Shown one piece after another: positions 48,761 to 60,165 of a DNA stretch of 64,000 nucleotides. The stretch spans positions 5,208,001 through 5,272,000 of the forward strand of contig OZ320323.1 of NCBI GenBank assembly GCA_976226885.1, given 5' to 3'. The notes under the pieces were generated by a model, which was given only the letters and a program-made list of their open reading frames with translations, was not told where the DNA came from and ran no database searches. The stretch comes from Iphione sp. A-MEVVRFRX5. Lineage: Eukaryota. Position 1 is the first letter of the stretch. Each line of letters opens with the position of its first letter. A program made the translations under genes and the position numbers.

Positions 48761-51079
48761 CAATATGAATGGTACAGGTGTCAAGAAATAGTCGGATATT
48801 GAGGGTTTGTTCTCCAGGAAATTGCCATTTTACTGCAGGGAAAGTCGTCAGCAAATTGCATACTTTCAGAAACATGTATTGAGTATTCGGATATATATGT
48901 AGTGTCCTGGCTGTATATGATAAAGGACAGATGAAGGTCATCGGCGAAGGTCACCTATAGAGGTCATCAGTGAAGGTTGTGCATGAAGGTTACACAGTGA
49001 TCGTGCTTGCCGTAAGCTCTTCATTTATATATATATGATATAGTTATACACACACATATATATATCGTAGAGAGAAAAAAATAATCGCACTCAGGATGGT
49101 GTGAATACATAAAGTAAAACAAATACCACTGTTAGTTTGGCTGGGTGCAATAACGGGAAAGATAAAGATAATAACTACAGGATAGGATAGACCAAGCAGG
49201 GCTGCACGTTTAATATGTACGACACAATCAGGCACTGAGTGATTCCTGTAATAAGAACAGAAACAATGACCTGGTCTGCCTGCGTCGTGTCAATGTTAGG
49301 AGACAGGAGGAGCATGCCACACATGGGGAAGCGACATGCACCACCTTGGCACACGCCAAATACACGTTCTGTTCATTTTTGGTTAACATAGATCCTTCTT
49401 TCGTTGCGCTCTTCAACGCCCGGTATATATAATTCTGAGATAAATACAGAATATATGAAAGTGGTTCACTGCTGTCGCTAGACCGGCTTGAGTTATGAAG
49501 CTCCTTTTGACGGACTTTTATTTGGTAAATTAAAATTCTATTATTAATTATCATTATTATTACTATTATTACCATTATTATTATATCTCATTATTCGTAA
49601 AAAGTTATAATATAACAGCTAGTGCCATTTCTTCCTGGCATCTTCCTTTCGTTGCCTAAACATGGCCGCAGGACGTCTCAGGCAGCACCCCTAGTGTGAC
49701 TATCAACTTCTGAAACTCTTTTCCCCTAATGCCGCAATGATGCTCTCATATATCTCAGATAGCAAATCTCAAATACTACCAAAGAAAGTCCCGATAAAAA
49801 ATTCCATTCCAAAGTAATCCTAATACTCNNNNNNNNNNNNNNNNNNNNNNNNNNNNNNNNNNNNNNNNNNNNNNNNNNNNNNNNNNNNNNNNNNNNNNNN
49901 NNNNNNNNNNNNNNNNNNNNNNNNNNNNNNNNNNNNNNNNNNNNNNNNNNNNNNNNNNNNNNNNNNNNNNNNNNNNNNNNNNNNNNNNNNNNNNNNNNNA
50001 ATGTATCAGACTGAATGTGACGGTATATATATATATATATATATATCTTTAGAGTCGGCCCCACCTCTTACATCATGTATATATAAAGGTATCTGCATCC
50101 CCAGACGCAAAAAGATAGCTATTCAAACAACACTAGGGAATTAAAGAATATGAGGATACATCGACAGTTGGCGTTTGAAAATTATCAGAATTTAGGTTGA
50201 CAGGCTCTAGCGGCCACTCAGGAACGGGGAGGGGGTGGTTTGATGTTACTGCTGAAGTTACACTGTATAAATATCTATGTATATACATATATATTACACG
50301 AAACATCAATAATGTTCTGTTACAAGTATATGGGACTGAACACATACCACACAAGAGGTTCAGAATGTAATGTATGAGATCATAGAGGACTGTTGCGTGC
50401 ACATATCACACATGAGAGGTTAAGAATATAATGTACAAGGGTATAGAGGACAGTAGGCAGTGTGCGCTAAAGGTCGGGAAGCACTGGAGGATAAAGACCT
50501 GCAAGTACGAATAGAACCGCTGGACTGCAACGTGGTGGCGACAATTCAATAGAAATAACCTGTTTACAGCCCAGATATAGCCCTGGAGGCTAAAGCTAAT
50601 ACAGGTTTGCGTGGCCGGCATGTCTATATATACATCGATGTAGAGATGAAGATATAATACTAGTAATATTCCACGTATGGTCAAACGAACACACTCGGAG
50701 CAACTTTGTCTGTTCAAACTGGCATAACGATCTCAGGCCTGTGCAAAAACGACCGTCGTTGTTATTTTGGAAAATTAAGTACAAATTCCACACAGTTTGT
50801 TGGGGACCGCTTAATTTAATAGAGTGACGGAACAAAAATACATAGATTTACATAATTATCCCTCTTTAATATGACCACTTCTTATTCAGACCATTTAAGG
50901 GCAGAACCAATGGTGGTTGTATTAGTGAAGTGACACTGTACCTTCTTTCACATTTAGTCATAGGGTGAATAAAACCCGGCCATTCACACCTTGAGGATCT
51001 GAATCAATATCAGTCCATTTCAGTCGACCAAACAGATCAAACAGGATGCAATAAAGTTCCACCTCCAGTCCGGTCTACA

Positions 51080-51570
51080 CAGAAAACTAATGGTCTATAC
51101 CATAGATACACCTTGACCTGATGTAGTCTACACAGAAAACTTTCAGTCTGTACTGTCCTAAGAAAGGCAAATCTATTTTTAGTCTACACAGAAAACTTTC
51201 AATCTGTACTCTCCTCCGAGAGGTAAACCTCCGACTACATCTAGTCTTCACAGAAAAGTAAGCATCTACACCATCTTATGAGATGTAAACCTCAACCCAC
51301 ATCTAGTCTACACAGAAAATATACAGTCTGTGCTCTCTTAGGAGAGGTAAACCTCAACCCACATCTAGTCTACACAGAAAATATACAGTCTGTGCTCTCT
51401 TAGGAGAGGTAAACCTCCACCTACATTTAGTCTATACAGAATACTAACGGCCTGTACCAACCTATCAGAGGTACACCTTGACCTGACCTAGTCTACACAG
51501 AAAACTAATGGTCTGTGCTCGTCTACGAGAGGAAAACCCCCACCTATGTTTAATCTACACAGAGAAACAG
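51080..51570. repeat. ~60-bp tandem x ~8
   Basis: tagtctacacagaaaa...aggtaaacctc recurs. Confidence 0.8.
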
Positions 51571-52189
51571 TGGTCTGGATGGTTGCACCGTCCCAATGGA
51601 GGTAGACCTTCTCCCGTCCTAGGAACTTGTGCCAACCAACACAGGAACAATGTACATACAGCTCTAAACCAATACGTACTTTAGTAGTCCAACAGACTGC
51701 CCTGGTACGAATGCTGGTGAGGTTATGATCGTTGAGCAAGCAACCGAAAACGTAGGCAAACATCATAAAAAAATGGGTCAAAATGGAGGAAAAACAAGAT
51801 TTGGTCACGCCATTCTTGGAGAGGCGGTATTAAAAAAGGGATCGTTGCTTCAGGCTGCCATAAATCATTTACAGGAGGTGACTCTCATTGACACTGATCT
51901 CAACCCTTTTAATAAAAAGTATGTGTATGTGTGTGAGGGAAAGNNNNNNNNNNNNNNNNNNNNNNNNNNNNNNNNNNNNNNNNNNNNNNNNNNNNNNNNN
52001 NNNNNNNNNNNNNNNNNNNNNNNNNNNNNNNNNNNNNNNNNNNNNNNNNNNNNNNNNNNNNNNNNNNNNNNNNNNNNNNNNNNNNNNNNNNNNNNNNNNN
52101 NNNNNNNNNNNNNCTCATTTGGTCATTGTCATTTCCACTCGTCTCCACTCCTTTAACGTACTGGACTGTGGCTGAGGAGACGACCCTAC

Positions 52190-52352
52190 CTTGATGGCGA
52201 CTTTATTGCAGGTGGCGCCGGTGAGTCTGAGCCAGGTGGGTAAGTCCAGCAACTCCATCAGCACGACCTCATCCAGCTCCAAGTTGCTCATCTCTCCCTC
52301 GCCCTTCAGCGTGCTCAAGTGGATCTTGTCCGGCGAAAGGTTTTTCGTAAAT
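52190..52352 (-). CDS. BLTP3: BLTP3 exon 2 (FTKNLSPDKI...CNKVAIK)
   Basis: cttcag| acceptor, AAG|gtaggg donor, 163 nt, phase 2 to 0. Confidence 0.95.
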
Positions 52353-54234
52353 CTGAAGTGAAGAGAACACTATTCATCAATGTGTATAAATGTGTTACTT
52401 CAAAAACTTTCGTTTTTCCATCTATTCACATGAATGAATGACAGGATCATTATATCTTTATTCCAAAAACTCATGTACAGTACATCAGACCTAACACTGT
52501 AAAGTTAAACTTTCCATTTCCCACCTACTCATGTGTATCAATGACCGGAGTATTATATCTTCATTTCAAAAGCTCACGTACAATGAGTCATCTATCATAA
52601 AAGAACTAATCATTCATGCATGTACGTTCATGCATGTCAATGGAAACGCAGATTTTTTTTCAGGTCTAAGAAGTTGTGGTGATCTTTCCCGTTAGTTCAT
52701 CAAGATATGTATGATGCACACACTGAGTACATGGCACATAAATCTACAGGCTACGTAACTGTGGGGGACAAGGTTTAAAATGGACATTTTCCCTGAAACT
52801 AGGAATGAAACGTGTGGTCCCGAACGTGTCAACTATAAAGCGAATACATTCTAAGAAACGGCACCATCGCAACAGATGTACCTGGTCTGAAAAACAAAAG
52901 TGTGGCATTAGGAGCTTTAACAAAACCAAGTCTTGAGAAATGAATAGGGACATAAACTAAAATCAGAGTATGCTGGCAGGTATATATAACACACATTTCT
53001 CACTGCTTTTAGGGAGCAACGCAACCTGAAAACTCACTTTGGAGGAAGACACGTGGGTGTATTTTTTCGAGGAGATAGAAAAAAATACTCATCAAGATCT
53101 CAGTTCATGCGTTCATTATGAAGGTGCTTTGTCAGTGAAATAAAAAGGCCCCACTGACCTTGACAGTACTGTAATAGATATACGCCATGCCAGTCACCCG
53201 AACCAAGTCCCAAAAAATAACAGAATTGACAGGTATCTTTGCACTTAGACTGGATTCGCGTCCGGAAATGTTTCAAGGTTATTTTCCGGTCTGGCCTGAA
53301 CGCAGAGGATTTGGGGGAAAGAGAGTTCCTTATACAGTGTATAGATATAAGCAATGAACCACTAGCTGTGTGCATACACCAACTGGGCCATGTTACTATC
53401 ATGGCACCATTGGGGTAGATGGTAATAAAACATATAAAGAGTCGATGTGCAGACGTAACAATAAGCACCACTTAATGGGGTCACTGGAAAGTAGCTAGCA
53501 TATTGTTTAACAGGTAACATCCATTGTAGTCATACGTCAGTGGGATATGACCTAGGTAACTTCTGTTATAGTCATCTATCCATCTATCCATCTATCAGTG
53601 TGGTTATGAACAAGGGTCAGGGGTTAAATTGAAAATTGACCAGGAGTGAACCAGGTCAGAGTTTGAAGTTGAAAGTGTACTTGGGGGTCATGAACTATTG
53701 GTATATAATAACCTCGATTTCATCCAAACTTTTCAGAGGGCTCTGATGATCTGCCTAATACATGTGTACTCTGCCAAATAAGGATCAACTAAACTGGAAA
53801 CCTGTGTTGTCTTACACCTCCAATGATAATGAATGGAACATCAGAACTAAATTCTCTCTACGAGAGAGGCCCAGCAACATAAGGCAAAATATTCCAGAAC
53901 ACAGACATGCGCTACAAACACATACACAACACGTATGCCATGCTGAAACTTTAGTGTCATGTAAATGTGCTATGTGAAAGTATCACAGAAGAGTACATAT
54001 CAGGCAACTAGTAATAATTATGGATAGATTCGTGATAACTCTTGAACGATTCACAAATGTCACGTTAGATAAAAAAGATTAGCAGCATCAACTTCAGAAC
54101 GCACTCGTATAATAGGATCGATAATGGAGAGATAATATTGTTTAAAAGTTTATCCGCCATTTACTAGAGAGTACTGATCAATACGCCAGGGCCATCTGGG
54201 AGGTACAAGCATATATGCATATGCGTATGAATCT

Positions 54235-55270
54235 ATCACTGGCCACTCAGCTGAGTGGAACTATCAGTATACATGTATAAACATTTATGTACCACTGGCC
54301 ACTCAGCTGAGTGGAACTATCAGTATACATGTATAAACATTTATGTACCACTGGCCACTGAGCTGAGTGGAGCTATAAGTACACACAGTATGCGCATCTA
54401 TGTACTACTGGCCACTCAGCTTATTGGAGCCACAAGTATACATGTATATGTTATGTACATGTGTATATACCTATATCCAAATACCACTAGCCACTCAGCT
54501 GAGTAGAGCTGCATGTCTTATGTATGTACATGTACGTATGTCTTAATGCCACTGGCTGCTTAGGTGTGAAAAATTATAAGTATACATGTACATATACATC
54601 TTATGTACATGATCATATGTCTTCATACCACTGGCCACTCAGCTGAGTAGAGCCACAACTCTACATGTATGTCTTGTGCATGTATGTATGTCTTCATACC
54701 ACTGGCCACTTCGGTGTGTGAAATTATAAGTACATACATTTATGTACCACTGGCCACTCAGCTGAGTGGAGCTATAAGTACACACAGTATGCACATCTCT
54801 GTACTACTGGCCACTCAGCTGAGTGGAGCTATGAGTACACACAGTATGCACATCTCTGTACTACTGGCCATTCAGCTGAGTGGAGCTATGAGTACACACA
54901 GTATGCGTGTCTACATCACGTCTTCAGACAGAGTCAGTCCAACAATACTTTACAAGGATGGATGTTCAGACAGAGATAGTGCTCCAGTACTGTACATGGA
55001 GGGACAGTTTCACATACTCAGTCCTTCATTATTGTAAAGGTTAAATATAAGAACAGTCACACACACCCAGTCCTCTAGTCATGTACATGGTGGAACGGTC
55101 ACACACTCAGTCCTCCAGTACTATACACGGAGGAATAGTTCAACAGACTCAGTCCTCCAGTACTGTAATTTACATGGATGGACAGTCATACAGAGTCTAT
55201 CCTCCACCAAAGTGCATGGAAGGATGGTCACACAGACTCAATACTGTGCATCTATGGTCACACGGACTCT
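54235..55270. repeat. Two adjacent degenerate minisatellites
   Basis: ccactggccactcagctgagtgga (54235-54900) and cacacactcagtcctccagtac (54905-55270). Confidence 0.8.
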
Positions 55271-56512
55271 GAATATAAAAGGATATTAACAGTAACACGG
55301 GTATTGAAATATGGACAGAACAAAACTAAAATCACAGATAAAAGGGATCTTTTTTAAAGTAGTAGCAAGGTGGATGGAAAGGTGAAGCTGTGTGTAATAA
55401 CATTTTTAACTGCACTCTTGGTATGGTGGGTGGGTAGGGAAGGCAAATGGAAGTAAGGTAGGTGGTAGGGTGAAGGTGTTGTGTTTTTGCACTCTGGGTA
55501 TGGTTGTGGGTACAGGAGGTGGTAGTCAGGTGGATGATAAGACATAAGTGTGTGTACTAACTATTATGAATTTTTATTACAACCTGGGTAGAATGAGTTA
55601 GTACCAAAATCATGCTAACCCTTAAGAAATAAGAGTGTGGGCCTGCGAGGCCTATTGTCCCCCGCTATCGAGTGCCCATTTCATGCTTGATTGCACTTCC
55701 CTTTGGCAAAGAGAGAAAGAATTTGAGTGAGTGAGTGAGTGAGTGAGTGAGTGAGTGAGTGAGTGTGGGTGTTTGTGCATGTGTTCCAGTAGCTATGAGG
55801 TGGTGGTGTTGGTGTTGGTGTTGGTGTTNNNNNNNNNNNNNNNNNNNNNNNNNNNNNNNNNNNNNNNNNNNNNNNNNNNNNNNNNNNNNNNNNNNNNNNN
55901 NNNNNNNNNNNNNNNNNNNNNNNNNNNNNNNNNNNNNNNNNNNNNNNNNNNNNNNNNNNNNNNNNNNNNNNNNNNNNNNNNNNNNNNNNNNNNNNNNNNN
56001 NNNNNNNNNNNNNNNNNNNNNNNNNNNNNNNNNNNNNNNNNNNNNNNNNNNNNNNNNNNNNNNNNNNNNNNNNNNNNNNAAGCCCTTAGCTATCATGCCT
56101 GACCTAGTAGCTACAAGGTGCTGGGGCTAGAAGCAGGGTATTGGTGAGCATGTGTGTATATAAGTGTATTGTCAGATTGTATGTTTGTGGGTGCTCTTTC
56201 ACTTTCAGAATACTTAAATTACATGTACATGTACTACCAAAATCACATAGTGTCATGCGTCCATATATATGTCATATACGTCATGTATGTGAATAAAGAC
56301 AGCAGGAGGTTCCCATTGGCTGTACCCCTTGTCCACCACAACAAAGCACAACAGTAGCTAAGGAGAGCATTCCATCTCAACTGTAACGTCACTTAAATTG
56401 TGAATTTTAACTTATTTTTGTCTTGTGATACTCCTGTAATAAAGAGATGTTCTGTTAACTCCACTCCGGCCTTGTTACCTCCTTTCAATATATATATATA
56501 TAGATATATATA

Positions 56513-57063
56513 CAATCAAACGTCTCAATTACGGACACCCTCTGTTCTTTTCCAAATCGTCCGCATTTCAGACGTGGTCGGTTTGTAGATCTGTTATCAG
56601 GATATGACTTGGGGGTAAGTAAGAGTGCTAAAAGTACTGAATTTGATGACTCAAAGTCCAAAAAGTGCTGAATTTGACGACAAAATGTCCAAAAAGTGCT
56701 GAATTTGACGATTAAAAGTCCAAAAAGTGTTGAATTTGATGACTGAACAGGGGTTCTTCATGTCTACCTTAGAAAATAACTTCTGAGGACTCTCTGTAGG
56801 CCCAAATTTGCATGCCACGGGGGTGAAGTGTACATTTCGCGTTGATGTGTGAAATTTACATCTAAGGGGGCTATGCACCCCCCCCCCCCAAAGTTGAGCA
56901 ACAGGAGGTGTCTGTAGGGGGGCGTGGGGCGAAATTTGTCATCCGCATTGCAGACGTGTTGGTATAATGGTTAACTATAGGAAACATTTTGGTTCTTTTT
57001 CAAATCGTCCACATTTGGGACGCGTTTGCATCCCAGGGGTGTCCGCCAGGGGACGTCGCATTG
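56513..57063. mobile_element. Degenerate TA-flanked MITE with internal subrepeats and a ~32-bp tandem
   Basis: TA|caat..acgtc..cggacaccc at both ends in inverted orientation. Confidence 0.45.
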
Positions 57064-57069
57064 TATATA

Positions 57070-57212
57070 TAAGTATCATGTATCAAAATCAGTTCATTTC
57101 AGTAAAGGGTTTTAGAGTCATAAGACCCACAGGAGTGTGACGGAGAGGTCAGATGGTCGGACAGCAGTATTTCTAAGGTCTCCCCTCCCTCTATGAGGTG
57201 GGGGACAATAAG
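57070..57212 (+). mobile_element. Dispersed repeat copy D, same family
   Basis: ataagacccacaggagtgtgacgg...ccctctatgaggtgggggacaataag. Confidence 0.55.
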
Positions 57213-58320
57213 TGTGTACAATATTAAGCAATATTATCAACAACTGCAAATGATAATTTCCACAAAGCAACTTGTTTGGGTAAAATAGTTGGCTGAATAT
57301 AAAAAAAAAGATGTTTCTACTTAATCAAACAATATTGGCTCCTACACATCTGCGCCTGAGAAAACTTTCATTCATCGGGTACCGGTACCCATCTACGTGT
57401 TCTTTCTCCTGACCTACTGCCACTGCCCTGTCAGCGTGCAGTGTATGTACACCACTCATTCAATGCAATCTCCTGCATTTAATACTTAGTACTACAAGCA
57501 CCATTACTTGTTTAATATCTACTCCAGGCCGAGTCAGGTCAGACTGGAGGTTCATACTAGGAGCTGGCTAGGTGCCTGTGTGGCTTGCCAAATTAACACG
57601 TGCCAAAAACTCGTGCATAAACATAGTTTCTTGGTGACCTTTCGCCCCCTCCCTTTTGTACAAAGAGTTCTGCTTGTCCCATCTGAACCACGGTGGCTAA
57701 GGCAAAATATTTCACGATCTGAATTCTTACTATGTCCTTGGTAATCTGTCATACATTCTGGGGTCCGTAACAAATGAAATATGCTGCTAATTTGAAATTC
57801 TTCACACTTATCATTCAATTTATGGTTTGGAATTTCATTGTGTTAACTTGTAAAGTACTTTGTACATTATAGGCCCATTATAATTACGCCCCTACAATTA
57901 GAAATCAGAGTATAAAAGGTGCTGCATTGGCTTCTACGTAACGTCTGAAGAACCTTTTTTTTAAAATCTGTTTTAATATAATGAATGTAACTGTAAATGC
58001 AATGAACATACACGTCAATTCAGAACTATTTCTACAAGTCAAAGTATTCACAGAGATGAATGATTATTATTTCTCGGCAACACGTAAGTTGTCCTACAAA
58101 TTGTGTTAATGTGATTATAACCCAAAAAAGCTCTGTCCCATAAGCTTGACATAACGATGTGCAAATTATATCAACACGAATCACTGTATCCGTAGGGTTC
58201 CTGCTGCTGCAGAGCTGGAGACTTGACAACCCTCTGTATCGCTGCTTCGAAAATAAAATGGTGAAATTATCAGTTAACTGACGATACAAAGCATACATCA
58301 AGATAATGGTCACTACTTAC

Positions 58321-58364
58321 TTTGACAGGTGTTTTAAAATCTGGCTTTTGATTATAGATGCCAT
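58321..58364 (-). CDS. BLTP3: BLTP3 exon 1 (MASIIKSQILKHLSK)
   Basis: ATG at 58364, 44 nt, donor AA|gtaagt, phase 2. Confidence 0.93.
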
Positions 58365-58414
58365 GATTAGCGTAATTCCTGTGCTTTTTCCCCACTACCG
58401 AAAACGTCAAAATA

Positions 58415-58432
58415 TCAAGTTGCCGCCATGTT
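58415..58432 (-). promoter_or_regulatory. YY1-like motif ACATGGCGGC doubling as a 4-codon uORF (MAAT*) upstream of the BLTP3 ATG
   Basis: ATG GCG GCA ACT TGA at 58429..58415, ending 50 nt before the main ATG. Confidence 0.45.
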
Positions 58433-58838
58433 GTATTTAGTGCGGAGATATCTTTCCGTGTGATAAGATGAGATGCCATATAAGAATAAATGATTCATTT
58501 TTTAATGAATATTTACGCTAAAGTGATTAAAACAATTACCAAATAAAGTTTAAAAGTCATAACGGTAAATATTTATTTCTGCGTAACTAATGTTGACATC
58601 AGTGGTTGAGCGCGTAAATATGAGTTGACTTTGCCACATTATAAGGCTGGAATAATGAATTCGCAGCCCAATGAAAATGGTACTCTCCAGGAGTTTCAAG
58701 GTATGCCTTTAACAATGAAACTTCAGTACTCCTCTTGTCTTTCCCAAGCAGGGCTGTCAAGGTTTTGCTTCCCAGTTGTGTGTGATGTTGGTGAACCTTC
58801 ACTTACACCACAGACATGCATCACTCCGAAGCAGGACG

Positions 58839-58912
58839 TTTCGCTACCTCCCCATTTCGACCCCTACCATTTCGCTACCTCCCCATTTCGCTACTTCCCC
58901 ATTTCGCTACCA
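58839..58912. repeat. Short tandem (ttcgctacctccccat) x ~4
   Basis: Direct inspection. Confidence 0.75.
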
Positions 58913-59154
58913 CATGAGCATTACCAGCTAGAATACTACTAATTATTGCGATTTTCAATTTTAGGATTTATTGTGAAGACTTTTAATGCAACTTGTTCAT
59001 GTTGTTTTAAAGCTCGTACAGGTACGACTAATCATACGTCGGCGGCTAGACTGGTACCCATACCCTAACTTTGTAGTTCCAACATTTTCCACCAGATGTC
59101 TGTACTGGTCATATGCCTGTTGCAGTACCAAGATTTTGTATCTTGAATGGAGAC

Positions 59155-59548
59155 CTCTCCCCCTCTCTCTCCCTCCCTCCCTCTTTCCCTCTCCCTCTTC
59201 CTTCCTCCTTCTCTCACTCCCTCTCTTTCTCCCTCCTNNNNNNNNNNNNNNNNNNNNNNNNNNNNNNNNNNNNNNNNNNNNNNNNNNNNNNNNNNNNNNN
59301 NNNNNNNNNNNNNNNNNNNNNNNNNNNNNNNNNNNNNNNNNNNNNNNNNNNNNNNNNNNNNNNNNNNNNNNNNNNNNNNNNNNNNNNNNNNNNNNNNNNN
59401 NNNNNNNNNNNNNNNNNNNNNNNNNNNNNNNNNNNNNNNNNNNNNNNNNNNNNNNNNNNNNNNNNNNNNNNNCTCTCCCTCCCTCTGTCCCTCCTTCTCT
59501 TCCTCCCTCCTCTCTCTCCCTCCCTCCTTCCTTTCCTCTTTGCCTCCC
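59155..59548. repeat. CT-rich microsatellite spanning an N gap, abutting the truncated DIRS end
   Basis: Pyrimidine tract on both sides of Ns 59238-59472. Confidence 0.85.
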
Positions 59549-59557
59549 TACTTTCTC

Positions 59558-60165
59558 TCACTGATCAAACGGTTTGAAAATCAGAGTGGGATTCTCAAAC
59601 GTGTCCCTGGAATGCTTGAGTCTGCCTGAGACTCGGATGTAGCAAGCGTCGTGTTCGAAGCGTATGTCCGCTCGTCTGGTCACCTGCAGCATCTGTACCC
59701 TCTGACCGGAGGCCAGAAGGCAAAGCGTGATGGTCTTCTTCGTCAGCAGTTCCAGGTTGAGGGTGTGAGCCTCACCCCACTTGGCCAGTTCTCTGAGGAC
59801 TGGGCCGACATCCCAGACCTCCTTGAACTTCGCTATGAAGGGCCTGGCCCTGCGTACCCCTTTCATAAACCTGGTCACGTGGGGGTGGTTGCCGAACGTC
59901 AGGTTGCCCTCCAGTATCACGAAGCTGGAGAGCAAACACCTGCCCGAGTTGATGTACGGGCCAGTCCTTCGAGGAACTCGAGCACCTGCACCAGAGTGGG
60001 TGCCCTCGAGTCGACTTGGTGCTCCACGCAGTGGGCCTCGAAACTCGTCAGCAGTGAGAGGTAGTTCTTTTTGGACAAGGCCGACCAGCCCTCCGCCATG
60101 CTTGTCGCTATTGCGTCTGGTATGCCGACGTCCCGGAGCTTGGTCGTCAGAGGGTTAATATCCAC
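59558..60165 (-). pseudogene. DIRS tyrosine recombinase, frameshifted near 59960 and truncated before the catalytic C-terminus
   Basis: SAM-like N-domain (..VLEFLEGL) in one frame, YINSGRCLLSSF..HPHVTRFMKGV..LASGQRVQ in another; no H-x-x-R or Tyr boxes before the CT microsatellite. Confidence 0.85.

Larger units (their letters stand above)
11530..58364 (-). other. BLTP3: BLTP3-family gene (UHRF1BP1/UHRF1BP1L/SHIP164 orthologue), 20 coding exons, 1714 aa
   Basis: Exons join with GT-AG and consistent phases, total 5145 nt. N-terminus MASIIKSQILKHLSKFTKNLSPDKIHLSTLKGEGEMSNLELDEVVLMELLDLPTWL is the Chorein_N-type start recalled for BLTP3A/B; internal family motifs LDDLLWVLTDSQLKA, VDLHLCDD, GGAMQ, QFWLEF..PFVESFPLTLW; C-terminal coiled coil. 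No database search run. Confidence 0.93.

Noticed and set aside
240-55270. CRISPR-like arrays
   Set aside because: All arrays are head-to-tail minisatellites without unique spacers; eukaryotic context and no cas genes.
4329-59629. ORFs containing X runs (near 4.5, 13.4, 49.9, 52.0, 55.9 and 59.3 kb)
   Set aside because: Artefacts of translating through assembly gaps.
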